DNA of 59,095 nt from a virus (Duplodnaviria; Caudoviricetes). Position 1 is the first letter of the stretch. Each line of letters opens with the position of its first letter. Position numbers and translations under genes: made by a program. Below are positions 37,582 through 46,800 of this stretch, in pieces. Under the pieces are notes generated by a model. That model saw nothing but the letters and a program-made list of their open reading frames with translations, ran no database searches and was not told the origin of the DNA. Location: positions 1 to 59,095 of IMG/VR virus record IMGVR_UViG_3300046169_000006; one strand, written 5' to 3'.

Positions 37582-37785
37582 ATGAACTTGCTTAAACCTG
37601 AAGAGGTAAGTGAAAAACTTGGTATCACCAAGGCGGCGCTACCTGCGTTGCGAAGAAGAGAGACGACCTTCCCCCAACCCATAAAGGTATCACAGAAAGT
37701 ACTCAGGTGGGACGAGGAAGATATTGATAACTGGCTGAACTCAAAAAAGGAGAGTAACAATGGCGAAAGTCGGAGAACTGGATGA
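37582..37785 (+). CDS. AlpA/excisionase-like winged-HTH protein
   Basis: LLKPEEVSEKLGI...FPQPIKV....RWDEEDIDNWL. Confidence 0.85.
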   Translation: MNLLKPEEVSEKLGITKAALPALRRRETTFPQPIKVSQKVLRWDEEDIDNWLNSKKESNNGESRRTG

Positions 37786-38161
37786 TGAATCCTTAACAAA
37801 AATCTATATTGCCGCGCGCGATCGTCGTGCGCAACGGAAGGCGGCGTTCAACGACGACGACTCCGGAGATAAGCTGAAGCAAGAGAAGATCGAGATCGAG
37901 TTCTTGCGTAGGTTCCAAGACCGAGGAATAGACAGTGTGTCTATCCGTGGTGTAGGTACTGCTTACAGGTCAACACGTTCATCTGCTACAGTAGCGGATT
38001 GGGACGCGTTCTTAGACTATGTACGCGACAAAAACGCATGGGAACTCCTTGAGCGCCGTGTAAACAAAACTGCGCTTGAGCAGATCAAAGAAGTAGAAGG
38101 CGACTTAGCCCCCGGCACCAACTGGTCCGAGACTGTTGTCATCAACTTCCGCCGTAAATAA
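37760..38161 (+). CDS. Replication-module hypothetical protein
   Basis: GTAYRS...VADWDAF...LLERRV; lies before the SSB-like gene. Confidence 0.75.
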   Translation: MAKVGELDDESLTKIYIAARDRRAQRKAAFNDDDSGDKLKQEKIEIEFLRRFQDRGIDSVSIRGVGTAYRSTRSSATVADWDAFLDYVRDKNAWELLERRVNKTALEQIKEVEGDLAPGTNWSETVVINFRRK

Positions 38162-38177
38162 CTGAGAGGTAATAGAA

Positions 38178-39125
38178 ATGTCTAATGATATGGTTGCTAT
38201 AACAGCATCAAAACTTCCTGCCCACTTGGCAGGTAAAGTTAAAACTAACAACGTGTTTGCATCTGCGGTTTCCGTAGGCGGCTTTCCCGTTATTTCTATC
38301 AAGGGTAAAGTGTTCCACATCCAACGTGGTGACGAACGTACTCTTGTAACTAAAGACGACAGTGGCGACCCATCTGCCTCACTGGAAGCAGTGATTGTAG
38401 CGGTTAACCCTAACAAGTCTAAGGTATTCTACGACAGTGGTTATGAGGAAGGCAGTGTAGCTAAGCCAACTTGTTACTCTAACGATGGTATCCAACCTGC
38501 GTCAGACGCTGAAAACCCACAGGCAAACAAATGTGCGGCATGTCCAAACAACATGTGGGGTTCACGCATCACTGACAACGGCGGTAAAGGTAAGGCTTGT
38601 GGCGACTCTATGCGTCTAGCTATTGCGGCTCCAGATCAACTGAATGACCCTATGTTACTTCGTGTACCTGCGGCGTCACTCAAAACTCTTGGGCAGTACG
38701 GACAGCAACTCGCCAAGCGCGGTGTAGAACCTCACCACGTTATCACTAAGATCGGGTTTGACTACAACGTTGCCCACCCCGCGTTGACGTTCAAGGCGGT
38801 TCGGTTCGTCGAAGAAGCTGAGTTAATAGAAGTAGAAGCAACGCTGTTGGATGAAGAAGAAACCATCACACAGATCACTGGTATTGCTAACCCCAACACA
38901 CCAGAGATTGAGCACAAAGCGGCGGAGCCTGCACCTGCACCTAAACCTAAGCCTAAGCCTGCTCCTAAACCTGCACCTGCTCCTAAGCCTGCTCCTGAAC
39001 CAGTGGTCGAAGCTACGCCTGAACCTGTAGTGGAAGCCGCACCTGAGCCTAAGCCTGCACCTGCAAAAGTTGACGATTACGACAGTATAGACGAAGCATT
39101 AGATAACTTGGACTTTGACGACTAG
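38178..39125 (+). CDS. ssDNA-binding/annealing-like protein with Pro-rich linker and acidic tail
   Basis: CAACP.N.WGS, GKAC, LRVPAASLK; PAPK repeats; C-terminal LDNLDFDD. Confidence 0.7.
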   Translation: MSNDMVAITASKLPAHLAGKVKTNNVFASAVSVGGFPVISIKGKVFHIQRGDERTLVTKDDSGDPSASLEAVIVAVNPNKSKVFYDSGYEEGSVAKPTCYSNDGIQPASDAENPQANKCAACPNNMWGSRITDNGGKGKACGDSMRLAIAAPDQLNDPMLLRVPAASLKTLGQYGQQLAKRGVEPHHVITKIGFDYNVAHPALTFKAVRFVEEAELIEVEATLLDEEETITQITGIANPNTPEIEHKAAEPAPAPKPKPKPAPKPAPAPKPAPEPVVEATPEPVVEAAPEPKPAPAKVDDYDSIDEALDNLDFDD

Positions 39126-39142
39126 TCATCGCCGTTCGTTGG

Positions 39143-39169
39143 TAAAGGGGGCTTGCCCCCTTTATTTTT
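39143..39169 (+). terminator. Rho-independent terminator
   Basis: TAAAGGGGGC-TT-GCCCCCTTTA followed by TTTTT. Confidence 0.8.
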
Positions 39170-39199
39170 CTGTTAACACGTAACTTTAAAGGTAACGGC

Positions 39200-42148
39200 A
39201 TGGGTACACAAGAGTTCCTAAAATTAGTCCTGCCGTCAACAGGACAGGCCGTACTTGGTTTGGTCCAAGTAAATGACGATGGTAGGTCATGGTTTAAGTG
39301 GAAGAATTATCCCAGTGCTGATGAGGCCGCGAGAGCAGCTTTGTTCTTCGACAGTAAAGGAGAGACTGTCTATTTCGGAGTAAACTCATTTGGTGACTGG
39401 TACGATGACGAGAAGACAGGCAAACGCCGCATTCGTACGCAAGATAATGTGGTGGCGTGTCGCTCGCTGTTCGACGACTTTGACGTCGATGTAGATAAGA
39501 GAGACGCGTACGATACAAAACAAGAAGCACTTCAAGGTGCCATAGAACTTGCTAAGGCTATACGATTGACCCCATCAATCGTGAACTCCGGTGGAGGCTA
39601 CCACAGCTACATCCACCTTGATGAAGATATTACTCCTGAGGCATGGGAAGAGTTGTCCGCGATGAAGCGTGACATCACAATGCACCTTGGGATACTTGCA
39701 GACCGCGCGGTAGACAGTGATACAGCACGTATCTTACGTCCCATCGGTGTGCACAATAGAAAGTATACTCCACCTCGCCTAGTTGAACTAGTTAAAGAGG
39801 GAAAGGTTTACTCAGTTGATACTGTACGGACCAAACTCCAAGAGTATATAAGAGATAACAATGTACAACCTGCTCCTACTACACGTAAGGCAGGGGCTGT
39901 TAACCCATTCGCCGCCGCACTAGGCGATCACCCTGATAGCGACGCCGAAGCCGTAGCACGTAACTGTGCGGCAGTTCGTGAGTTTAAAGAGTCCGGTGGC
40001 AACATAGCGGAACCTCATTGGCATCGTGCGATTGGGGTGGTTAAATTTTGTACAGACGGCGAGGCGAAAATCCACGAGTGGAGTGAAGGCTACGAAGGTT
40101 ACTCACAGGCTGAGACGCAAGAGAAGATTGATGAATGGACAGTAGGTCCCACGTCATGCGTTGAGATGGATAGACACGTCGGGTGTATGAAAGACTGTCC
40201 GTTCGCTGATAAGTGTAAGTTCCCTCTACAGCTAGGCTTTACAGAGGATGCAGAGTCCGTCGCCGAGCCTACCGTCGCCGTTGACGACGCGCAAGAAGAG
40301 GAAACGACGAAGCCGAATACAGTTATCGAAGGGCAAACAATCCCTTGGTGGCCGCAGTCTGGCTATCGTTGGAATGGTTCTGCTCTGTCACGTTCGTATG
40401 TAGACGAGGACGGCGTTGTTCATTGGACACCGTTCTGTAGGTCATTCATCTACCCCATCAACCGCATCCAAGACAGTGAAGGTACTTGGGTAATCCACTG
40501 GAGAGCACTTGAGAAGAACGGTAAGTGGCGTGAGTTCTTCATGCCTATGCACGAGTTAGCATCAACCGACCTTATGGCTAAGACACTTGCATCGTACGAG
40601 GTGTTCCTAACGCGCTCCAAAAGTTCGAGGAATTATATGGCTGAATTTGCAGAAGGTTTGATTGAGACACTACAGGCTTGGCGTATCGAGACCAAGACGT
40701 TCACTCAGTTTGGTTGGCTTAAAGACCGCACAGGATTTGTTCTAGGCACCAAGCTACTTACACTAGATGATGAGCATGAGGTTCTGTGTGACCCTGCTAT
40801 CCCCACGGATATCGCCGTCGACTTTGGACGTAGCGGTACACTCGAGGAATGGATCGCTAACATAGATACGCTGTATAACCGCAAAGGCGCTGAGCCATTT
40901 CAGTTTGCACTGTGTCACTCAATGGGTTCAGCACTTGTAGAGTTAATGGGTAGTAGTAACTGGCACGGTTTACCCTTAGCGTTCACTGGACATGGTGGTA
41001 CTGGTAAATCTACTGCCGCTAAGATTGCTTGTGGATTCTATGGCAACCCAGAGTTCATGGAACGCCAGACAGGTGAGCAAGGCTCCACGCTGAATGCGGC
41101 TATCAAACGTATCGCTATCATGGGTTCTATCCCTGTACTCCTTGACGAGTTCTCAGGTAGATCACCAGACGAACTTACACGAACAGGTTATGCGTTAGCT
41201 AACGGACGTGATAAAGAGCGACTAGGTACAAATGGTAAGTTCAGTACTGTTGGTGGCCAGTGGTTTAAGAACAGCTTCATCACATCCAATGACTCCATCA
41301 TGGAAAGTATCAGTAAGCTACCGGCAGGTTATAGAGTTGAAGCCACGCAGTTACGTTTCTTTGAGGTGTCACTGCCTGCTGATTACAGGAACAAAACGTT
41401 CCCAGATATTTCACAGTCCTTTGTAGAGAACCACATGGACAATGTGTACGGCGAGGCTTGTGTTCCATACTTGCGATTCATCATTAAGAACCAAGACTGG
41501 GTACGTCGCCAGATGGTATCAGCACGTAGCAAGTTTAACCCTGAGTCTGAGGATGATAACAAAGAGCGCTTCTACCGAGACACGATCGTAACCGCCATCG
41601 TGGCAGGTAAGATTGCTGAGAAGTTAGGACTGATAAACTTTGACCTCAAAGGTATGAAGCAGTGGGCAATGAACCAAGTGCTGACAATGCGGGAGAACCG
41701 GAAAGAGAACAACACGGATATTAGTGAACAAGTCGCGGCGTTTATCGCAACACTTCCCGGCCGTCTTATCATCACGAAGCACTTCGGTGATAGTCGGGCT
41801 AAGGTTAAAGAAGCCCCTATGGAGTTCTTACGTGGTCCTGCTGTCGGTCGTGTTTGTACAGATGATAAGAAAGTGTACGTCACTGTCAAAGCAATCGCTG
41901 ACTGGTGTAAGGAGCATGGAGTAGCACCTGCCGCTATCCGAGAGGAACTAGACAAAGCAGGCTACCTAATCCACCAAGCCGATGGTTCATACAATCCACG
42001 GATAACTCTTGGCTCGGGTACTACAGTCCCCAGTGGTCAGGCTAGATGTTATGAACTCAAGTACTCCAAGTTCTTCGACGGCAAAGCATTAGCACTTGTC
42101 GAGACAGAAGACGGCGTAGTGACAGAGACACAACTAGACCATGAATGA
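39200..42148 (+). CDS. Primase-helicase (AEP/RepB-like N-terminus, DUF927-type helicase)
   Basis: DDFD, NSGGGYHSY, RILRP; Cys cluster; FGW, GTLEEW; Walker A GHGGTGKS; LLDE. Confidence 0.88.
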   Translation: MGTQEFLKLVLPSTGQAVLGLVQVNDDGRSWFKWKNYPSADEAARAALFFDSKGETVYFGVNSFGDWYDDEKTGKRRIRTQDNVVACRSLFDDFDVDVDKRDAYDTKQEALQGAIELAKAIRLTPSIVNSGGGYHSYIHLDEDITPEAWEELSAMKRDITMHLGILADRAVDSDTARILRPIGVHNRKYTPPRLVELVKEGKVYSVDTVRTKLQEYIRDNNVQPAPTTRKAGAVNPFAAALGDHPDSDAEAVARNCAAVREFKESGGNIAEPHWHRAIGVVKFCTDGEAKIHEWSEGYEGYSQAETQEKIDEWTVGPTSCVEMDRHVGCMKDCPFADKCKFPLQLGFTEDAESVAEPTVAVDDAQEEETTKPNTVIEGQTIPWWPQSGYRWNGSALSRSYVDEDGVVHWTPFCRSFIYPINRIQDSEGTWVIHWRALEKNGKWREFFMPMHELASTDLMAKTLASYEVFLTRSKSSRNYMAEFAEGLIETLQAWRIETKTFTQFGWLKDRTGFVLGTKLLTLDDEHEVLCDPAIPTDIAVDFGRSGTLEEWIANIDTLYNRKGAEPFQFALCHSMGSALVELMGSSNWHGLPLAFTGHGGTGKSTAAKIACGFYGNPEFMERQTGEQGSTLNAAIKRIAIMGSIPVLLDEFSGRSPDELTRTGYALANGRDKERLGTNGKFSTVGGQWFKNSFITSNDSIMESISKLPAGYRVEATQLRFFEVSLPADYRNKTFPDISQSFVENHMDNVYGEACVPYLRFIIKNQDWVRRQMVSARSKFNPESEDDNKERFYRDTIVTAIVAGKIAEKLGLINFDLKGMKQWAMNQVLTMRENRKENNTDISEQVAAFIATLPGRLIITKHFGDSRAKVKEAPMEFLRGPAVGRVCTDDKKVYVTVKAIADWCKEHGVAPAAIREELDKAGYLIHQADGSYNPRITLGSGTTVPSGQARCYELKYSKFFDGKALALVETEDGVVTETQLDHE

Positions 42149-42323
42149 TATTGATCTATCCATTCCGCCAGAGCGGATCGTCGATGCGTTGGTAAAGATA
42201 CAGCGTACGGCGACGCCTGCTATGAAAGCGTTCTTGATATACCACATCAGAGCGCGAGGCGGGATAGTGCCTCCAGCTTGTGAACAAGAGTTGCACCAGA
42301 ACCGTAGCGTTCACGCGATGTAG
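42141..42323 (+). CDS. Small hypothetical protein overlapping the integrase 3' end
   Basis: Start overlaps the primase stop; 77-bp convergent overlap with int. Confidence 0.45.
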   Translation: MNDIDLSIPPERIVDALVKIQRTATPAMKAFLIYHIRARGGIVPPACEQELHQNRSVHAM

Positions 42324-43530
42324 CATGTCCCATCAAATCAGCACATAGCCTATCAGGTTCTTTTAATGCCAGTAGGCGATCTTCGAAACTATGACGGAGG
42401 CTATATACAGTATGGCCTTTCGTTTCTAACAAACCCTTCCTCCTCAAATACCTATTCATATCATCAGAGAACCTATCTTTACCTGCGTATCGTGGGAAAC
42501 CATTTGGATGCCTGCGCATAGCGGTAAGCGATACCCCAACAAGAGGTATCTCACGCGCTGAGACTCTGTTCTTCAAAGCCCTCGTGGCGTTTGGTCTAAC
42601 TTTTATATGGGGTATGTTACCAGATAGGTCTATGTCCTCAGGCTCTAAGCCTGCCACTTCCGCAGGTCGGCACCCTGTATTCACCAACACAAGGAAGATG
42701 TCTCTCGCCTCTTCGTTAGGCCCTGTAAGTATCTCTTCAGTAAAGTTATCTTTCATCCACGCCACAGAGAATGGCGGCCTATGGTTCTCGCTCTGTACAA
42801 ACCGAAGACCTTTGAAGTGGTTAACTAGCGGCAACCGCTTACGGTCTATGATTGTCTGGAACGCAGTTGAGATGTAGCTGATATCTTTGTTGGCGTTGTT
42901 AGGCGTCGCCCCATCGTCGACGATACGGTCCTGCCACCAGTCGCGGAACTCAAGCGCATCATCTCTCTCGACATTCGCAATGTCCACATCCCCCAACAAA
43001 CCTACCAAGTTCTTAAAGGCTTTCAGTCGTGGGTTTCTCCACCGGCGCATCTGGTCCGCACTCTTACCAACTAGCTTTGTCTTCTCGAAGTCGAAGTACA
43101 AGTCATTCATGTCAGAGAGTTTTATCGTCGGTCGTTTGACTGAGCCCAGTACAGCACCACTGACGACAGGGTCGTCGGCCTCGCTTGGGTTTAGCGCTTC
43201 TATGCGACGTAGAACTTCTTCTAACCCTCTACCCAGTAACTCCTTCTCAGGACGATACCGTACCCCTCGTGCCGCCGCCACTTTAACCATAGCTTCAAAC
43301 TTCTCAGAGTCACTGGAGCCTTCCGATAGAGCAGTCCAGTAGTTAAGGAGGTTGTCCTCCACCTCTGGAACCTTACGCCGTGCCTCACTTTCGCTGTCAG
43401 TCTTTAGAGATATTTGACAAGGCCACGGGTATCGTAAGGCTGTGAACCGCTTAGGAACTCTCTTTACAAAGTAGTACGTTTTCCTCGTTGTATCAGGGCC
43501 ATCCGTCGTAGATAGCCCTAAATCCTCCAC
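42247..43530 (-). CDS. int: Tyrosine integrase with DUF6538-like N-terminal domain
   Basis: YYFVKRVP...SLKTDS; TGCRPAE (R), LKN (K), YSLRH, LMGH, RY; adjacent to attP. Confidence 0.93.
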   Translation of the reverse strand: MEDLGLSTTDGPDTTRKTYYFVKRVPKRFTALRYPWPCQISLKTDSESEARRKVPEVEDNLLNYWTALSEGSSDSEKFEAMVKVAAARGVRYRPEKELLGRGLEEVLRRIEALNPSEADDPVVSGAVLGSVKRPTIKLSDMNDLYFDFEKTKLVGKSADQMRRWRNPRLKAFKNLVGLLGDVDIANVERDDALEFRDWWQDRIVDDGATPNNANKDISYISTAFQTIIDRKRLPLVNHFKGLRFVQSENHRPPFSVAWMKDNFTEEILTGPNEEARDIFLVLVNTGCRPAEVAGLEPEDIDLSGNIPHIKVRPNATRALKNRVSAREIPLVGVSLTAMRRHPNGFPRYAGKDRFSDDMNRYLRRKGLLETKGHTVYSLRHSFEDRLLALKEPDRLCADLMGHATSRERYGSGATLVHKLEALSRLAL

Positions 43531-43543
43531 GCCGCAAGCACAA

Positions 43544-43734
43544 AATGTTACCTAGAATGTTACCTAAAAAATGAGAGTGATGAGTCGTGCAGGGTGCTAA
43601 GTGCCTGTAATCATTGAATAATGTATGAGGAATGTGGCGGACAGACAGGGATTCGTGCTATCTGTTTACGTGTTTGTTTTCAATAGGTTAACAGATACAA
43701 AAACAAGAATGTTACCTAGAATGTTACCTAAAAA
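43544..43734. mobile_element. attP: tRNA-3'-end core flanked by arm-type repeats
   Basis: 27-bp AATGTTACCTAGAATGTTACCTAAAAA at 43544-43570 and 43708-43734; core 43635-43655 reads CGAATCCCTGTCTGTCCGCCA on the minus strand; IHF-like TTTCAA-TAGG-TTA at 43678-43690. Confidence 0.88.
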
Positions 43735-43800
43735 GAGGCCCGACCTGAAGGAGTAAAACAAGTCGGGCCTTAGGTGTCACAAGGGGGAAACGTCCGTGAC
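43730..43800 (-). terminator. Two tandem hairpins ending in an intrinsic terminator; candidate sRNA
   Basis: GUCACGG/UUGUGAC stem with loop ACGUUUCCCCC; AGGCCCGACUUG/CAGGUCGGGCCU stem with loop UUUUACUCCUU; then CUUUUU. Confidence 0.8.
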
Positions 43801-43814
43801 TACTTCAAGGTAAA

Positions 43815-46800
43815 CTATTCAAATCTTTTCTTCGCTTTACTTTCCCGCTTCCATTGCTGCATTGGAGCTTTGTACAAATCACCGATATTCTGGCGTCTCA
43901 AGGCTGATGGGTCCTTACCAAAGAACGGTCGCACTCTATCTTTTTGTTTCTGCAAGTCACGGAACTCATCGCGCAACTCAGACATGGTGCTTTTATCTTT
44001 GGCTCGTGAAGCGTCAATGTACTCTCTACGAATACGACTTGTCTGCTCGCTAAAGTATGCGCTCAACTCGTACTGCTGACTTCTTGTCCACTTAATCTTG
44101 TTGATCTCACTGGCTGGTAGCCCAAGGGCATTGACTAACAAACTGCCAATGTTCACGTCTCTAGGGTCTACTACCACGTCGCCGTTCTTAAACGAAACGC
44201 CTTCTGTCCCTATTCTATACGACTCGATAGCGGTTCGTATACCTTTTGGTACCATATATTCTATGGCTTTTAGTGGATCGCCCTGCCCAAAGTACTCGAC
44301 AGAACGCGTGAAGTTAATAGCAGTAGTACCAGATGGACCGGCTGCAAGGTTAAACACAAGGTCTTTTACGCCATCCTCAGACACATCGTAATCAAGGTAT
44401 GGGAATGGGTCGAATATCTTACCTTGGCTTAACTTAGTCGACATGTCGATACCAACGAAGTTGAATACCCCTTTGGATAACACCTCGCCCATCTTGCCGG
44501 GAACTTGTGTTTGAATCCAGCGATCTAGGTCTTCTGGCTCATCTTCCCCAGAGAACAAGAATACTAGGCCAGCTAAGGTTCCTACCAGTGGGATACCTGT
44601 AACACCGGCAAAGATACCTGCGTGAGCAGTCATGTAAGCTAGGGTACGCATACCCATCGCTCGCATCTCTTTACTCTCACCTTTAAACGATTGCTTAGCG
44701 GCGTTAACGTAAGCCCACACCATCATAAACTGGTACTTTCGATACTGGGTGGTTAGTTTAGGTAGTTTCTTAATAATTAACGGAGCATCCATACGAGAGA
44801 AGTTACCCTGCGTATCTTCCACCACACTGATTGCGTACTCAGCAGGTGTCATCCCCTGTCGTCTAGCCACTTGAGGTTTTGCTGTTGCCAAGTCAAACGC
44901 GGCTACCGCCGATGAAATACGGTTATGGGCTTCGACCAATCGCGCCGCTTGGTACAGTTTGTGTGTAATCATACCTAGCTTGTCGGACGCTACGTTCAGT
45001 GCCTCGTACCCTGTATTGAAACGATCGAAGGATGACAAATCTTCTTCCATACCAACGTCTAGTAAGTTCCGTAACTGAAGTTCTTCGAGGAGTGCTTTGT
45101 ACTTCGATGGTACTTTATCTAAGTCAATCTCAGTCTCAAATTTCTTAGTCATCCTAGCTGAACCAATGGCGACTTTGTACCCACGTGTTAGCTTATTCCA
45201 TGCCCCCGCGTAATCTCCGAAGTCACCTGCTAATCGTGGAACTGTAACCATCGCAGGCTGAGTGGCGTTCGTGACGTGATAACCGATACTAGATGTCAGC
45301 ATGTACACAGAGTTAAGAGCGGCGACACGGTCTTGGATACGTTGGAATAATGTATCTTGGTAGATAAGGGTATCTTTGTAGTGAGCCACCAACATGTTAT
45401 ACACAGGGCTAAGGGCTTCACGGTCTTGCTCAGTCTGTTTCTGCGCCTCTGCCAGTGCCATGTTAATTTCTGCACCATGCTCCATCGTAGAGATCATAGC
45501 TGCTTCTGCTCTTGCGTGAGACAAGAACGAGCGGACCATGTTCGTTTCATAACCTGCACGGTTCTTACGTTTAGCACCTGACACTCTTGCATCTCTCTCA
45601 TCCAGAGAGTCGAAGTACATATCGCGTACCATCTCAGCAAAGGCTTGTTTAGACGCCGCATCTATCTGGTTTGCATCCGCCGCCTTTAGTGCACCGAGTA
45701 CTCTCTGGAACACTTCTGGGTTACTCACTCTATCAGACATCAAGTCTTCTGTTCGTTCTGACGGTACTGCGTATGCGAACTTTCCTTTACTCGCCTCAGT
45801 AAACTTCTTAGCCGCACCCATAGTGTCGAAGAAACTTACCACATAGTCGCTTGGACTAGACTTTAGGTCTTCCACGGCTTTACGTGTTGCTTCGGTAGAA
45901 TCCTTCGCGTCTTGTGCTTCTGCATCAAGGAGTGCTTGTGATTTTAAGACCCCAGCGTAACCACCAAAACGTTTCAGTGGAGCATAAGGCCCCTCTAGTT
46001 CTGCGGCACTAAAGAAACTTCTAGGAACATCTAGCAACTTAGCAACTGCTTGTTTGCGCAAGCGCATGTTTTCGCCGTGTTGGAAGATATCCCGAACAAG
46101 GGCTTGCTCTACAGGGCTAAGGCGGTTGAACTTCTGTTGCATCACAGGGTCAACTTTTATAGCACGTACATTCCCATCAACATCAGTGAACTGTGGGTCG
46201 TAGCCCCACTTCTGGAAGAACGTAGACTTACTGATAAAGTCGTTAACAGCAGCTAATCGCTCAGGCTTTATCTCTCTGGCCCGTACTGCAATAGCTTCCA
46301 CCTGACGTCGTATATCTTGGCGCGTCTTATCAGCTTCTTTAATTGCCTGATACATTCTACCTGCCGCAGGCATACGACCTTTAACTTCACGAACAAATTG
46401 ATGGAGGAACTTGAGAGACTGCGTCGCACCTCTCGATACTTCAGCCAAATCATCAAGGGCTTGTTTAGCTGTTGGCCCCATGTTCTTACGGACCCACTCA
46501 CCTTTACGGTTATGCTCTTCTTGCGACGCGGGTGTAGGGTTTACAGAACCCGCCATAGTATCTGACTGGTAGTCTGTGTTGTCGTTGATAGGGTCACGAA
46601 GGTTTGCGTTCTTAACTTTACCTAAGTACTCCACAAAGGTGGTGCTCGGGAGATAGTCTTTATTGGCAAGTTTATCGTAGAAACTCTTCATTGCTTTACC
46701 TAGGCGAGAGAAGAACTTCTCTACCGCACTTACAGGCGCTTCTTGCGTTGTTGCCCATCGTGATACTTGGTCAGCATACCACTCGTTAAATGACTTCCAG

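Noticed and set aside
38925-39065. CCTGCACCT/CCTAAG tandem repeats as a DNA element
   Set aside because: Explained by the Pro/Ala/Lys linker of the SSB-like protein.
43635-43655. tRNA gene
   Set aside because: Only the 3' 21 nt are present; no D or anticodon arm. Interpreted as the attP core.
43544-43734. CRISPR-like repeat pair
   Set aside because: Only two copies, 137 bp apart, each an internal tandem; no cas genes. Fits integrase arm sites.
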